A stretch of 64,000 bases of DNA. Source: Octopus sinensis. Taxonomy: Eukaryota. Positions 12,038 through 25,344 of this stretch are shown piece by piece (within the stretch, counting starts at the first letter, position 1; every line of letters begins with the position of its first letter). The notes under the pieces are model-generated. The model saw nothing but the letters and a program-made list of their open reading frames with translations. It made no database searches and was not told where the DNA came from. A program made the position numbers and the translations under genes. The stretch covers positions 100,440,001 through 100,504,000 of the forward strand of contig NC_043002.1 of the NCBI RefSeq assembly GCF_006345805.1. Reading direction: 5' to 3'.

Positions 12038-12406
12038 GAATAAATGAAAGAATGGAGTCGAACGAAGATTTTAACAAAATTCATTTACTCTCAACACAGT
12101 CTTGAGGCTGATAGAGGTTCCTTGTCTTTCCTGATGAGAAGACGGCATAATGCACCCTTTAGTTTTTCGGAATTGAGAGTATGCAGTCTTCGAAACATGT
12201 GTTGAGAGTAAAGGAATTTTGTTAAAATCTTCGTTCGACTCCATTCTTTCATTTATTCATATTTAAAAAAAAAACACACAAATTTCCACACAAGAACACG
12301 GGGTTTCTGCCCTTGGCATGTAGCTTCAACCGTGTTTTCTGACGTGAATTTGCTACCCAGGTATCGATTAACCGAATTATCCATACTAGAATAATTCATT
12401 CACCTA

Positions 12407-12410
<4 letters not shown>
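12036..12410 (+). mobile_element. Penelope-like fragment with an inverted terminal duplication, between (TA)n tracts
   Basis: ~63-bp inverted arms (12036-12098 and 12198-12260) and a hammerhead core; (TA)n on both sides. Confidence 0.55.
12126..12208 (+). ncRNA. Type-I hammerhead ribozyme motif
   Basis: Stem I CTTTC/GAGAG; core CTGATGA (12131-12137); stem II GAAGAC.GCATA/TATGC.GTCTTC; GAAA (12192-12195); short stem III AC-ATGT-GT; predicted cleavage after GUU at 12203. Confidence 0.65.
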
Positions 12411-12451
<41 letters not shown>

Positions 12452-12670
12452 TTAAAACTGTAAATCGAGTCCGAAAAGGCACAAAAGTATATTTTAGAGA
12501 ATGTTTAATATTTTTGTTACATTCAGTGATTTAAGATATAACTGGTTTCCATGTATCCATCTTATCAAAGATTAATAAGAAATTTGGGCTAAGTTAAAAG
12601 AAAAAAAATTAGTCTCGTAACAGTTTGTACCTATGTCTTAGTGCATAGTGTCATATATATATATATATTA

Positions 12671-12716
<46 letters not shown>

Positions 12717-12746
12717 TATATATATTGTATGTATATATATATATAT

Positions 12747-12791
<45 letters not shown>

Positions 12792-12926
12792 ACGTACCTA
12801 TGTATGTATGCATGCATGTATGTATGTATATATGTGGAGGTCGAGTCCGTCTCCTGCTACTCAGAGTTTTGCATGTGAATGCACAGAATCTTCGCGCAAG
12901 TTATATCTGAATATATAATCAATCTC

Positions 12927-13128
12927 AGGGCGGCGTCAGCACGCCGGGCGAAGTGTGTGGCCGTACTTCGTCTGCCGTTACGTTCTGAGTTCCAATCCGT
13001 CGATGTCGACTTTGCCTTTCATCCATTCGGGGTCGATAAATTAAATACCAGTTGCGTACTGATGTGGATCTAATCGACTGGACCCTCCCCAAAAATTTCG
13101 GGCCTTATGCCTAGAGAAGACAAGAATC
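12927..13128 (+). mobile_element. SINE family B (tail type 1), 165 nt upstream of the exon 13293 acceptor
   Basis: gcacgccgggcgaa...gttctgagttccaatcc...gtcgactttgcctttcatcc...atttcgggccttatgcctagag. Confidence 0.9.
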
Positions 13129-13292
13129 TATTCAACGATATTGACTACTCTCTTTTCCAACAATCAGCTCTCTTTTCCAACTGGTTACATACATTTATAA
13201 AGCTGTGTATGTGTACGCATTTTTATAGAATTATGCGTTTATATGTTTTTTTGATATAATGTTTATAACTATATTTATTTACTTCATTCTAG

Positions 13293-13417
13293 GAAGAATC
13301 GCTGATAGAATCCTTCAACTTATTCATAGACTACTGCTTAAACCTCATTCGCAAACAAAGGGATGTTTTCATTCCAAGTCAAAAGGATGCAATGCATTCC
13401 CTAGAATGTATGCTAAG
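13293..13417 (+). CDS. BAIAP3: Internal coding exon (125 nt, phase 0 to phase 2) of a BAIAP3/Munc13-4-like (Unc13 family) protein, MUN region
   Basis: Acceptor atttatttacttcattctAG|GAAG and donor AAG|GTATGT. Open frame EESLIESFNLFIDYCLNLIRKQRDVFIPSQKDAMHSLECML(R). Matches my recalled human BAIAP3 stretch EESLADSLSAFSEFGLQLLRQLRDYFPATNSTAVHRLELLLK; not BLAST-verified. Confidence 0.85.
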
Positions 13418-13744
13418 GTATGTCAACACCAATTTATTTTATTTTTACGATTTTAAATAATATAACTCTGTTATTTGCACTTTAAATATTATACACTTGT
13501 GTTTGCATTTACAATTTTCCTTTTAATGTTTGTAACATTAAAATAATTTAACATTTGTTTATCTAGTGTCAAGCAAATGTGTAAGTTTTGTGAGACTGAA
13601 AATCTTTTTTTTTTAATTATGTTTATTGACGAATAACCTGGGATTAAACTATGAATACTGATTGACATTTAAACAATGGGAAATATGAAGATATGGGGAG
13701 GTCTTTGAAAGAGATATTGAAGATACCTGGCCTAGGCGTTAAAT

Positions 13745-13960
13745 TAATGCCATGCGCTCACAATCGCAAGATCGTAGTTTCGAATCCCAGACTGGGCCGG
13801 GTGCTGTGCTCTTGAGCAAAACGCTTCGTTTCATATAGTTCCAGTCCACTGAGCTGTAAATGAGTAAGTCTGCGACGGATTGACATCTTATTCAGTGGAA
13901 ACGTGGTGACCGAATAACCGTCTCTATGAATCGAAGGACTCGAGACAATAATGCCCATGA
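13745..13960 (+). mobile_element. SINE family C, diverged
   Basis: gtttcgaatcccagac...gtgctcttgagcaaaacgctt...cagtccactgagctgtaaatgagt. Confidence 0.7.
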
Positions 13961-14334
13961 AAGAGAGTAAATATGTCCCCCTCATGACACTAACAAATCT
14001 ATTTATTTTAGTATGATTAATTAGAATTCGTTTTGAGCTACCTTATTTTGTAGCCACTGCGGTAAAGATTTCAGCATGGACTTGCTAGTTTCCATATCCA
14101 ATGCCAGCCCTAGTATGTTATCGATGTTTATATGTATCATACCCGTACCTTTCATTTTGCATTTATTTAACGTATCTTCTAAAATCTGAATAAAACATCA
14201 AATTATAGTTTATTTAGATCATAATTTACCATATCATATTCTGGACCCCGTAAGAATTAACTCGATACATATGTGTGTTTGCATATAAATGTATGTGTAC
14301 TTGAATATTTCCATGCATACACACACAGATTGAT

Positions 14335-14554
<220 letters not shown>

Positions 14555-14571
14555 ATTCTATTTTACCTGTC

Positions 14572-14940
14572 CCACATGGTTCCGGGTTCATTCCCACTGC
14601 GTGGCACTTTGGGCAAGTGTCTTCTGCAATAGCCTCGGGCCGACCAAAGCTTCGTGAGTGGATTTGGTAGACGGAAACTGAAGGAAGCCCGTCGTATATA
14701 TGTATATATATATATGTGTGTATATGTGTGTATATGTTTGTGTCTGTGTATTTGTCCTCCACCATCCTTTGACAACCGATGGTGGTGTGTTCGCGTCCCC
14801 GTAACTTAGCGGTTCGGCAAAAGAGACCGATAGAATAAGTACTAGGCTTCTAAATAATAAGTCCTGGGGGTCGATTTGCTCGACTAAATGCGGTGCTCCA
14901 GCATGGTCGCAGGCAAAAGACTGAAACAAGAGTAAAGAGT
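14572..14940 (+). mobile_element. SINE family A, 5'-truncated
   Basis: Colinear with the 49162 and 54608 copies from ccacatggttccggg to gagtaaagagt. Confidence 0.9.
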
Positions 14941-17250
14941 ATATGTGAGTATGTGTTTATGTATACATTCATTTATGCACCTTTAAATATATGCATACGT
15001 ACGTATAGACATACATTACAACTACACTTTATTTGCCGGAAGAGTTTTTAGTTTCAGGCTTTTGGAAATTTGAAATTGCTAATGATTTTATGATTGTCTT
15101 GGTTTAGTCCCAATATGTGACAAATCCTTCATTAGTGAATATGCATATATACATATGAGTGAGAGTGTGTGTATAAGTAAATCTTAAGGATATGAGTACA
15201 TGTGCAAGGCGCGCGCGGGAAAGAGAGTGGTGGTACATGTGACTCTGTAAGTGACTGGGGGAGAAAAGATTCGTTCACGGTTTTCAGCCGTAGGTGTATT
15301 GCTGTAAAAATCCTAGGAGAGGCTATTGTCGGTAATTTTTACTGACATAGAATTTGACCGTTCCGTTATAGATATAAATCCCGTTCTTCTGTCATAAACT
15401 CGAAATTGTAAATGGTCTCTGATTGCATTGTATTGAAAGAATATATAGTAACCGAGGAATACACTAGTAAGGCATTTACTTATCTCTTCCAGTCCCAAAG
15501 TTAGTTTGGACATCTACGACTGCATGTAAATGGCACCGTATCTCTTAACTGCATGGATTTTAATGCCCGAATATCTAATTTCTTGTATCAAATGATGTAA
15601 TTCGGAATCGTGACATGCTCCCATTGATTGCAATAATGACTTTAGCGATTATTGATGACTCCCTACTACAATTTGGTGTATGCTAATTTTCTTGATATTG
15701 GACATGATACCAGTCGTATTTTAGTTATATTTCAGCCTTAAAATTGGCCATTTTAATGGAGAGACATAAATTATTACCTTATTAAATCAATACACAGACT
15801 TGATTGAATAAGTTAAAAAGATAAAAATAATCGAAATGTATTTCAAATTTAACATTTCAATTCAAAGTGGAAAATTTGAATTTGTTACAATGCAACGGTC
15901 GTTCTTAGTCGATTTATTTTATTGCCTAATTCCCTGTAAGCTATTCAGAAATTATCGCTTGCTACACACTGAAATGTTGTGTTGTAGCTGTGACTAAGCA
16001 ATAAATGTATGAACGAACGAACGAAAGAAAGAAGGCAAAAAAACAGTTCTGTAATAATGAATGACGTAAATGCGTGACCAATGGTAACCGAGACCTGATT
16101 AGTAATCAACGATGACCTCAAAGAATATGGACTGAAAAAGCGGAAGCTGACCAGAGATGCGATAAAATGGAATGAGAGGTTTCCATGCAGCATGCAATCC
16201 TACACATGCAAGCATAGCTAAAATAAATATTAACCCGATTATGATGGTAAGTGGGCAAAAAAGAGAAGAAAAAAAAAGAGAAAGAGATAAACGTATGGTG
16301 ATAAACGAATAAAATGATGACGATGAAGAACATGTATGGTAGGAGAAGGAGAAAATAGAATTGTAAAACAGAAGATAGAAATGATTATAGAGTAAAGTGA
16401 AGTGATTTTTATTTGTTCTTGCTATATTTGTTTCCATTTTGTTTCATTTTACTTTATATTTATTATTCAGCAGTGAAGAGGGATACATCAGTTTTATGTC
16501 AGAATCTAGACTATATTTAGATCTGAAACCATCATCACTAAACAATGTATATTTTGTTTCTTTTTGTTTCTGTTTATTATTGTTTTAGTTATGACTTATT
16601 TTTTTTCTGTTAGTTTCATTTCGTTTAGATTTTTTCTTTTTGATTTATATTTATTTATTTGTTTATTTATTTATGAAGAGGAAGGAAGGTTGCTTATTTC
16701 TTCAGGTCAAGAGAGTTTAAATGGCTTTAGCCACAGACATTAGCTAAGCAAATCAATCAGCTAAGTGGTTCTATTGATGCTAACTGAAATATTTCTGCCA
16801 GATCTTGTGGAAAACATGATTTCTTTTACTTTCTTTATGCATCCCCCTTTCCCCCTTCTTTCTATCTTCTCTTTTCCTTGTTACTCTTCTCTCTCATTTC
16901 ATCTCTCCTTTTTAACCTATTACTCACTCTTTCTCAATTTCTATACATTTACCATTGACATCCAAATTCTTATGTTAGTCTATTAAGAATATATAAAATC
17001 TAAACACATTTTTGAATCTACTCACAGATTAGGCGTTTCTAAATTCTATAATTGTTGAAAGCGTCAAATGAATTTGTGCCAAAATTAAGATGGAAAATAT
17101 TTCTTTTATAACTAGTAATTACATATCTCTATTAAAATAGCAATTATAAGATCATAAAGAATCTGCTTTGGCTCGTTGGAGTTGCCTTAAACTTAGCTCT
17201 CTTGGAGTAAGAAATAAGGATCGGGGATGGCTATAAGTGAGGAAATAGAC

Positions 17251-17395
17251 ACAGGCATGGCTGTAGGACTAAGAAGTTTGCTTTGCAACTGTGTGGTTAA
17301 GCGTTCAATTCCAGTGCAGATCAACTTCAGCAGGTGTCTTCTATCATAACCTTGAATCGATCAAAGCCTTAGTGAGTAAAATTTTGTTGGAAACT
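17251..17395 (+). mobile_element. SINE family A, old 5' half
   Basis: Degenerate match to the family A head and central block. Confidence 0.6.
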
Positions 17396-18595
17396 TGTTT
17401 ATATCGTTTGGAAGGATCGTTCTTGTTCGTTGGTGGCAAACCTAATTCATTGCCAGGTATAATAATACCATATGAGTTTTAGGTACTTTAGCATAGTACA
17501 GTCTGTTGGAATCATTCGGGTCTCTCACTTGAAATTTATAATTTTTTTCCCACTCAGAAATAGAAAAAGGCAAAGAAAAACTTCTAGCTTAATGATATCT
17601 TAAAGTTAATATGCAAATTAGCAATTATTTATTTACTAAAATGACATTTCCGGAATATAATGAACTCTTGATTTTAAAAAAATGATATGTGATAACTATT
17701 GGAGTATTATGAATGATGAAGCCAGTATCTCCCTAGTCTATGGCTTCCTCATTCAAAGAAAGAAGAAATGAGACAACGTTCGTACATATTCAGGAAATAA
17801 AAATTATACGTTAGCCATGTTCAAATATTTTTCTATGAATTCTCTTCTCTCACTATTGTATATTCTCACTTCTAAGAAATAATGCTAAATAATTCTTTCA
17901 TGGAACTTTCCGTCATAGAGTTGCACACACGGTGTTACTCTTTGCCCACACAATTCATTTATATGACTTTCTATTTCACAATAATTGATATCAAATACAT
18001 GCTGAATTAAAATGAGCCCAGCTATGCTAACACAGGCTACACTGGTGGATGAAGTTCAGCAGTTGTCTTGGTTGGTGTTTATTCTCTGCTCTCAACTGGA
18101 ATAACTATGCACGCATCATAAGGCTTTTATTAATTTTATCTCATCAAGCATGACTTCATTTATCATTCTTCTAAGTTTGCTGAAACAAATACAACTTGGA
18201 GAGATTTTAATTGCTGCTGAACTTATGTATGTATGTATGTATGTATGCATCCCTGCAACATTTTTTTTGCACATGTTTGAGTTTGTGCATATAATTATTT
18301 ACGGATTTCATAGATTTCTTTTCGCCAGATTTTAACCAATGAATTTGTAAGTTCATACGATCGTATGCATATTTTTATATATATATATGTATGTATGTAT
18401 GTATGTATATATATATATGGTATGTATATATATATATATATAATATATAATATATACATACATATATATATTATTACATACATACATACAATATATATAT
18501 ATTATATATATATTAATATATACATACATACATACATATATATATATATACATACATGCATACATACATACATATATATATATATATTAATATAT

Positions 18596-18627
<32 letters not shown>

Positions 18628-18645
18628 GTTTATATATTCTGTGAA

Positions 18646-18980
18646 GGCGCATGGCTCAGTGGTTATATCGTCGAGCTTACGTTCGTGAGGTTGTGAGTCC
18701 GAATCCTGGACCAGACTGCTTGTTGTGTTCTTGAGCAAGACACTTTATTTCACGTTGCTCCAGTTCACTCGGCTGTAGAAATGAGTTGCGACGTCACAGG
18801 TGTCATGCTATATCGGCCCCTTTGCCTTTCATTTGGATAACACTGCTGGCGTGGAGAGGGGAGGGCGGTATGCGTGGGCGACTGCTGGTCTTCTATAAAC
18901 AACGCTGCCCGGGCTTGGTCCTTTGAGGGTAATTTTCTAGGTGCCATCCCATGATCTGTGTCGTGACCGAAGGGGGTCTC
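18646..18980 (+). mobile_element. tRNA-derived SINE family C, full length
   Basis: A box TGGCTCAGTGG, B box gtccgaatcc, central tgtgttcttgagcaagacacttta block; closely matches the reverse complement of 47011-47346. Confidence 0.92.
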
Positions 18981-19483
18981 AGCATATATATATATATATA
19001 TATTATATATACTTTATTGCTTGTCATAGGAAGAGATCTTTACAATTATCATGGATTCCACATGGATTCCACATGGAATTGTTGGTACTCGTCTCCGTGC
19101 TGGAGGAGAATACACGAGATAATACGAGACCGAAAGGGATTTGGAAATAAATACAGGGATGACAGGGAGACGGTAACTTCGAAGAATATCTTAATTGTTA
19201 TCTCCCTTGCACTAGTCGGGGATTTTCGAAAGAAATTGCATTCGCCATAGATTAATAGATTTTTAATTATGTCATGTAAGAATGCATATAATCAATATCC
19301 AAAAATTTACCCAGGAGAAAGGCGCAGGAGCGTTTGGGGAACATGTTTGAAATTTCGAAGTGTGTTTTCTTTCTTGTGCTTGCAATGAGAAAATGTTTCT
19401 GTCTTCATATTTAAAACGTTCATTGTTTACATAAAATATTTGATTTTTCTATGATACAGAGGCCTTAGCTATAATGCTCCAGT

Positions 19484-19510
19484 ATATATATAATATATAT
19501 ATTATGTATG

Positions 19511-19542
<32 letters not shown>

Positions 19543-19822
19543 TATATGCATATATATGTATGTATGTATATTATGTATGTATAATATATATATATACATA
19601 TATATGTATGTATTATGTATATATATAACAATATATATGTATGTATGTATATATATGTATATATGTATATATATATATATATATCTATGTATGTATATAA
19701 ATATATATGCATGGATGTATGATATATATATATACATGCATGTATGTATATATATATATATATATATATATGCGTGTATGTATGCATATATATGTTGTAT
19801 GCATATATGCATGTATGTATGC

Positions 19823-19909
<87 letters not shown>

Positions 19910-19931
19910 ATTTATGTACATATATATATAT
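19484..19931. repeat. (TA)/(TATG)/(TG) compound microsatellite
   Basis: Direct reading. Similar tracts lie at 763-891, 3776-3844, 10972-11139, 12653-12832, 18366-18628, 20621-20738, 57400-57712 and 62634-62700. Confidence 0.95.
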
Positions 19932-20635
19932 TGAGAAGTAAAACATTTGACGTTTTGGAGACTTTTCCTTCGCCATAAAATAATAAACGGAACAACAGAA
20001 ATTTCAATAACAAAGTCGAATAATTGCAAGCAAAATAAAATGCTATAGCGTTATGGAGTGTAAAATAGATTGGAAATTTCAACAAAAATTGTAGTTTGCA
20101 AAGTGTGTGAGATGATGTAAATAGTTTTGAGGGATTTGTAAATTGTTTACGAAATGGTGTGAGCTGAATGTGAAGTAAATGATGTGGGAAGCAATGAAGC
20201 GTAGAACAGACGTGGCTAAAATCCGTTGCAAGAAGAATATCAGTTGAAAAGCAAGTGATGAGAGATGTTGTGAATATGAGGTCGGGTGTAAGAGACACGA
20301 TAAAGAGAGCAAATAAAGCAAAATATGAAATGGCATATATAATGACACATAACAAACAAGTGGGCGAACGGTAGGATTCAAGTTTTTTACAAAGTGAGAA
20401 AGTAAACGATATAGGACCAAAGATAGGTACGGATTGTAAACGCAAGACTGTTACAGAAGAGAGTGAAAGTGTTAATAGATATAATGAAGAATGAATAGGA
20501 AAGAGAGCTGACAATAAAAATTAGAACAATAAAGATGCTGCATATCTGGAAGATCATATATTATGTACATAATATAGTACAATCTTATGTGGATATAAGA
20601 TCAAAATAACACACCACATATATAATATATATATT

Positions 20636-20949
<314 letters not shown>

Positions 20950-21542
20950 TGGGGGTTGCCTACGCTTGATCGAAATCGTTACTTGCAGTTTATTTGTATG
21001 ATACCTCTATGACTGTGTGTAGATCTGTACAATTCTTGCAGAGCTATTGAAATTCCTTGGGTAAAGAAAAATCAACAAACTACGAGTACATTATGGAACA
21101 GTTTAGCAACGAAATTATCAGTTCCATAATGTTGTATATCTGAAGATCTGGAAATTACTATTAGAAAGCAGGGAACGAAACGTTAAACGTATCTCACATT
21201 TAAGGTTTATCAGCATATTAGCCGAAACGAAACAAAACAAAAAAGACGGGGTTAAGCACATGAACAGTATAACTTCTCCTGGATGTAGTGCTCTGCTGAT
21301 AAAGCAATACATATCGGAAGCACGCAATACTGCCATTACTACATCAGCAGAAATCAGTCGTCGTTGCTAAAATCACAAATATTAAAATGTGGGATTGATT
21401 ATTTCTCAGTGACAGAAATAACCATCGTTGTAATGGATACGCTAATTAGGAAAAATATTCAGAGTTATCAGTATTGCTTGGTTGAGCTTGCAGGGGATTC
21501 TGAACATTTCTGGTTTTTAGCACCATAATTTTTCTGTTGGTT

Positions 21543-21602
21543 ATTTTAGTCGTAATATTTTAGTCGTAATATTTTAGTCGTAATATTTTAGTCGTAATAT
21601 TT
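21543..21602. repeat. Tandem repeat, 14 bp x 4.3
   Basis: (attttagtcgtaat)4 attt. Confidence 0.95.
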
Positions 21603-21869
21603 CACAGAAATATTAGTAAGAGATTTGAGGAGGTAGAAAATGACATAAACAGGTGATTTAAATATAAAGGGGCATTTATAGCTGGGTTTTTTCCATAGAA
21701 AATAATTACACTTTATTTTATACATGACGACTAGGAAAATATCTGGAGTTTACCTATCATTCTTGGGCCGAAAACGCATGGGAGAGAACTCTAAACATTC
21801 TTAGCATTCGTCAACGGTAAAATAGCCTTCGTCCTTACAGATCTAGCTTAACACTTATTAAATTTGCTG

Positions 21870-21929
<60 letters not shown>

Positions 21930-21967
21930 ACACACACACACACACACGCACACACACACACACACAA

Positions 21968-21998
<31 letters not shown>

Positions 21999-22685
21999 TA
22001 TATATACATGTACATACGTACGTATGTATCTATGTGTGTATGTCAAAAATGAAGGAAAAGATTATCTAAGATCGATTTGCAGCAGAATCATAGGCACCAA
22101 AAGTATCAGCAATTTTTCAATAAAGGTGTCTAAAACCACGCGCCAGTTCGACTACCCATGATGAATTATATAAATATATCAAAGGTATCCCATATACACA
22201 GAAATGTGATATGGACCAAACGTAGCAATTATATTCCATACCGTTTCTTAGATGTCTAATTGTTTGTACATTTTTTTATGTTTCATTTCTATATTCATTT
22301 CTTTCCATTTTTCTCCGATATAAGCATACTTTAAATTTTGTTTTACTGCTATCCTTTTACTTACTCTCTTCACTTTTCCTATATTTTTTACACACAATAC
22401 ATAAGATTTTCGAATTTATATTTTTATTTTCGTATATACCGTTGCTACATTTGTTCGATTGTTTCTCTGCTTTCCCAGTTGGTTTCCATCGTTTTGTTTT
22501 ATTACATATACGATTCCCTGTATAATGCCCAATTGCATACACACTCAAATTATGCGTGTGTGTGTGTATATTCGTGCGTGCAATTCTTTATGTCTACATA
22601 CGGATATATATCAAATATCTATATGAATACAAGCGTATATACATTATATACACGTATGTGTATAAAAGCATACGCGTGTTTGTAA

Positions 22686-22722
<37 letters not shown>

Positions 22723-22737
22723 ACGCCGCAATAATTT

Positions 22738-22846
22738 ATGTATAAAAAATATATATAAAAATACAAAATGGGACAAGAACGCAAAGTCTATTTGAATGTT
22801 TTGCGTTCTTGTCCCATTTTGTATTTTTATATATTTTTTTATACAT
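22738..22846. repeat. Near-perfect inverted repeat, ~47-bp arms with a 14-nt loop
   Basis: aaaaatacaaaatgggacaagaacgcaaa pairs with tttgcgttcttgtcccattttgtattttt. Confidence 0.93.
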
Positions 22847-22954
22847 ATATATATATATATATATATTTATGCGTATCAATATTTCTTATGTACATAAATA
22901 TATAAACGTATGACTATACATATTATATATATTGTATGTATGTATGTATGTATG

Positions 22955-22985
<31 letters not shown>

Positions 22986-23308
22986 TGTATGTGTATGTAT
23001 ATAGCAAAAGTGAATGCGTGTATATACATATATGTATATGTACACACACAGATATATATATCTAAGCGAGCATACACGTGCGCCCAACCACACACACAAG
23101 CATTCAAACATACAAATAAGCGCTAAAGGTCTATTGTGTGTATGAGACACATAGAGTGAGAGGGAGCACAGATCTTTTGTAAGAGTTTTTCTACCCCTAT
23201 TTGAATAACTACGAATCGATTACTTTTATTCATTCTTATTTTATCAGTGTTCATTCTTAGCCTTCACTTTGTCTATAAAAAGTTATCAGGCTGACGCTAT
23301 ACCTACAT

Positions 23309-23353
<45 letters not shown>

Positions 23354-23639
23354 GCATATATATATATATATATATACATACATGCATATATATATATTGA
23401 TGGTCGATGTGACAGTTTGTGTTGGTTGTCCCAAAAGAAAATCTCAAACATTCGTAGTTGTTAAAAAAAATAAATCTATATCACTATATGACTTGTTACA
23501 AACAAATACGCACAGGGGAGATTCAGTGATTAAAGAAGGCGTGTGATATGTTTTATACGCTGTGTTACGACAGGGAGAATTAATATCCTCGATCTCCTCG
23601 ATCTTGTCAGCTTGAATATTATGTAAGTTGTGCAAACTA

Positions 23640-23786
23640 TCTATGCGGTAAGGAGCTTGCTTCGTAACCACATGTTCCCGAGTTCAGTCCCACTGCGTAG
23701 CGCTTTGGGTAATTGTCTTCTACTTTAGCCACGGAGCGACCAAGGCCTTGTAAGTCTATTTGGTAGACGGAAACTAAAAGACAGTC

Positions 23787-23790
<4 letters not shown>
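23640..23790 (+). mobile_element. SINE family A, 5' half ending in (TA)n
   Basis: Head through gtagacggaaactaaaagacagtcg, then (TA)n. Confidence 0.8.
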
Positions 23791-23824
<34 letters not shown>

Positions 23825-23832
<8 letters not shown>

Positions 23833-24892
23833 CTGAGAATGTATGTCTGTCCGTGTGTTTCCCTAAAATTTGAGAACTACACAACCAATTTCATTCAAAT
23901 TTTACACATGCCTTACTTAGGGTCCGGGGAGTGTCATCAGCAAAACAAATCTTTAACTTTTTACCTAGGGCGAGCCCACAGCAATATCATATCTTCTCCA
24001 CTATGATTCCCTAAAACTTGAGAACTACACAAACAATTTCATTCAAATTTTGCACATGTCTTATTAGGGTCCATGTAGTTTCATGGGCAAAAAAATGTTG
24101 AACTTCTTGCCTAGGGCGAGCCCATAGCAATATCATATCTTCTCCACTATTTCAGTATTATGTGTTAATAGTGAAACAAAAACATTTCTCTATTTTATGT
24201 CAGATACTTTCACTTTAACAATAAAAATTAGAGGTAATAATAACAATTGAATTATATGTAGTAAGTAATAAAGTATAATATAATAATTATATCGTAACAT
24301 AACAAAAGTAAAAATAGCAATTGGTATAAAATTGCATCAATGACTTGAACTTAAATAAGTGGTTTCACATGAATGGGAATAAATTACAAATAAAATTAGT
24401 GTGCAGAAATGGAATAGTCCAGATGGAGCTGTGCACATACGCTTTACCACGGCTTTTACATTAGATTATCTGCTAATTAGCTAGCATTAAGTATCTAGCT
24501 TAATTACATACATTACATACAGCCAAAGAAGTTTGGCTGTATGTAATGTCTGTTTACTCGAACAGCCGCTTCTACTGAGTACAGCTGTTGGTTTATTTCT
24601 TATACATAAAGGACTATAGCTTCAACTGCGTACTGCCTTTTGATTCACCGTAAGGTTTGTTGTTATTATTATTACTGTTTAACTATTTTTATCACGTTTG
24701 TTGGTTCCTCGTAAGGGAAACGTTGTGTTGCATTTGTTAAATAATTGTAAACCGTAACCCGCCCCACTTTGGGAGGAGGAGCTTTGGTTATTGTTTAAAA
24801 ATTGAATTGTTTGGGGAAATTGACAATATTTTCACCGTTTATACGGAAGCATTTTTGTTAAAATGCCTTCGATAGTTGCTCTGAACTACTAG
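23825..24892 (+). mobile_element. Possible Helitron-like non-autonomous element with an internal tandem duplication
   Basis: Starts tatatata-actgagaatgtatgtctgtc, like the 62238 Helitron 5' end. Two ~148-bp units at 23859-24150. A CTAG at 24889-24892 lacks the canonical hairpin and following T, so the right end is uncertain. Confidence 0.35.
23859..24150. repeat. Direct tandem duplication, 2 x ~148 bp
   Basis: ttccctaaaa(t/c)ttgagaactacacaa...cctagggcgagccca(c/t)agcaatatcatatcttctccactat occurs twice. Confidence 0.95.
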
Positions 24893-25344
24893 AATGGACA
24901 AATGAAAGGAGACAACAAAGATTTTTTATTTATAGAAATAGGGGTGAAATAGATGTCAAAGTTCCATATAAAGAAAAGGATTGTCACATTACAATGCCAA
25001 TTATTACTATTTGGTAAACAGATTTAGCATTAGGAAAACTAGGTTAATGTCAAATGGTTATAATGACACTCATAGAGAATGCAGAGATTTTTTATAAAAC
25101 TAATATACACCAACATTAGCTGATAGGTTCTGAGTACTTTGATACGTTGGATTAAAGGAGAAATTATAGATCTAAAATTTATTCAATTTATAGAAAAGTC
25201 TATCACTTATTATGAGTAGGCATAATACTTATTAATTGGGGGGAAAGTCTTATTAATCAAGTGAATATATTAGGAGTCCAAAATATATACTAGGAAAAAT
25301 AGAAGAGAATCACCTTCTACTAAACGTACGAATACCTTTCTTCT

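Noticed and set aside
12099-12137. Alternative type-III hammerhead fold using the upstream GUC at 12099-12101
   Set aside because: Stem III forms through the inverted arm, but no proper stem I closes at the core. The GUC is explained as part of the degenerate inverted copy.
19912-20514. 200-aa minus-strand ORF
   Set aside because: The plus strand is purine-rich and C-poor, so minus-strand stops are rare; the product is low-complexity. A faint RTE-like stretch (RSGVRDTIKRANKAK) on the plus strand is too weak to call.
21543-21602. Short direct repeats as a possible CRISPR array (also 47349-47450)
   Set aside because: The units are contiguous with no spacers, the context is eukaryotic, and no cas genes are present.
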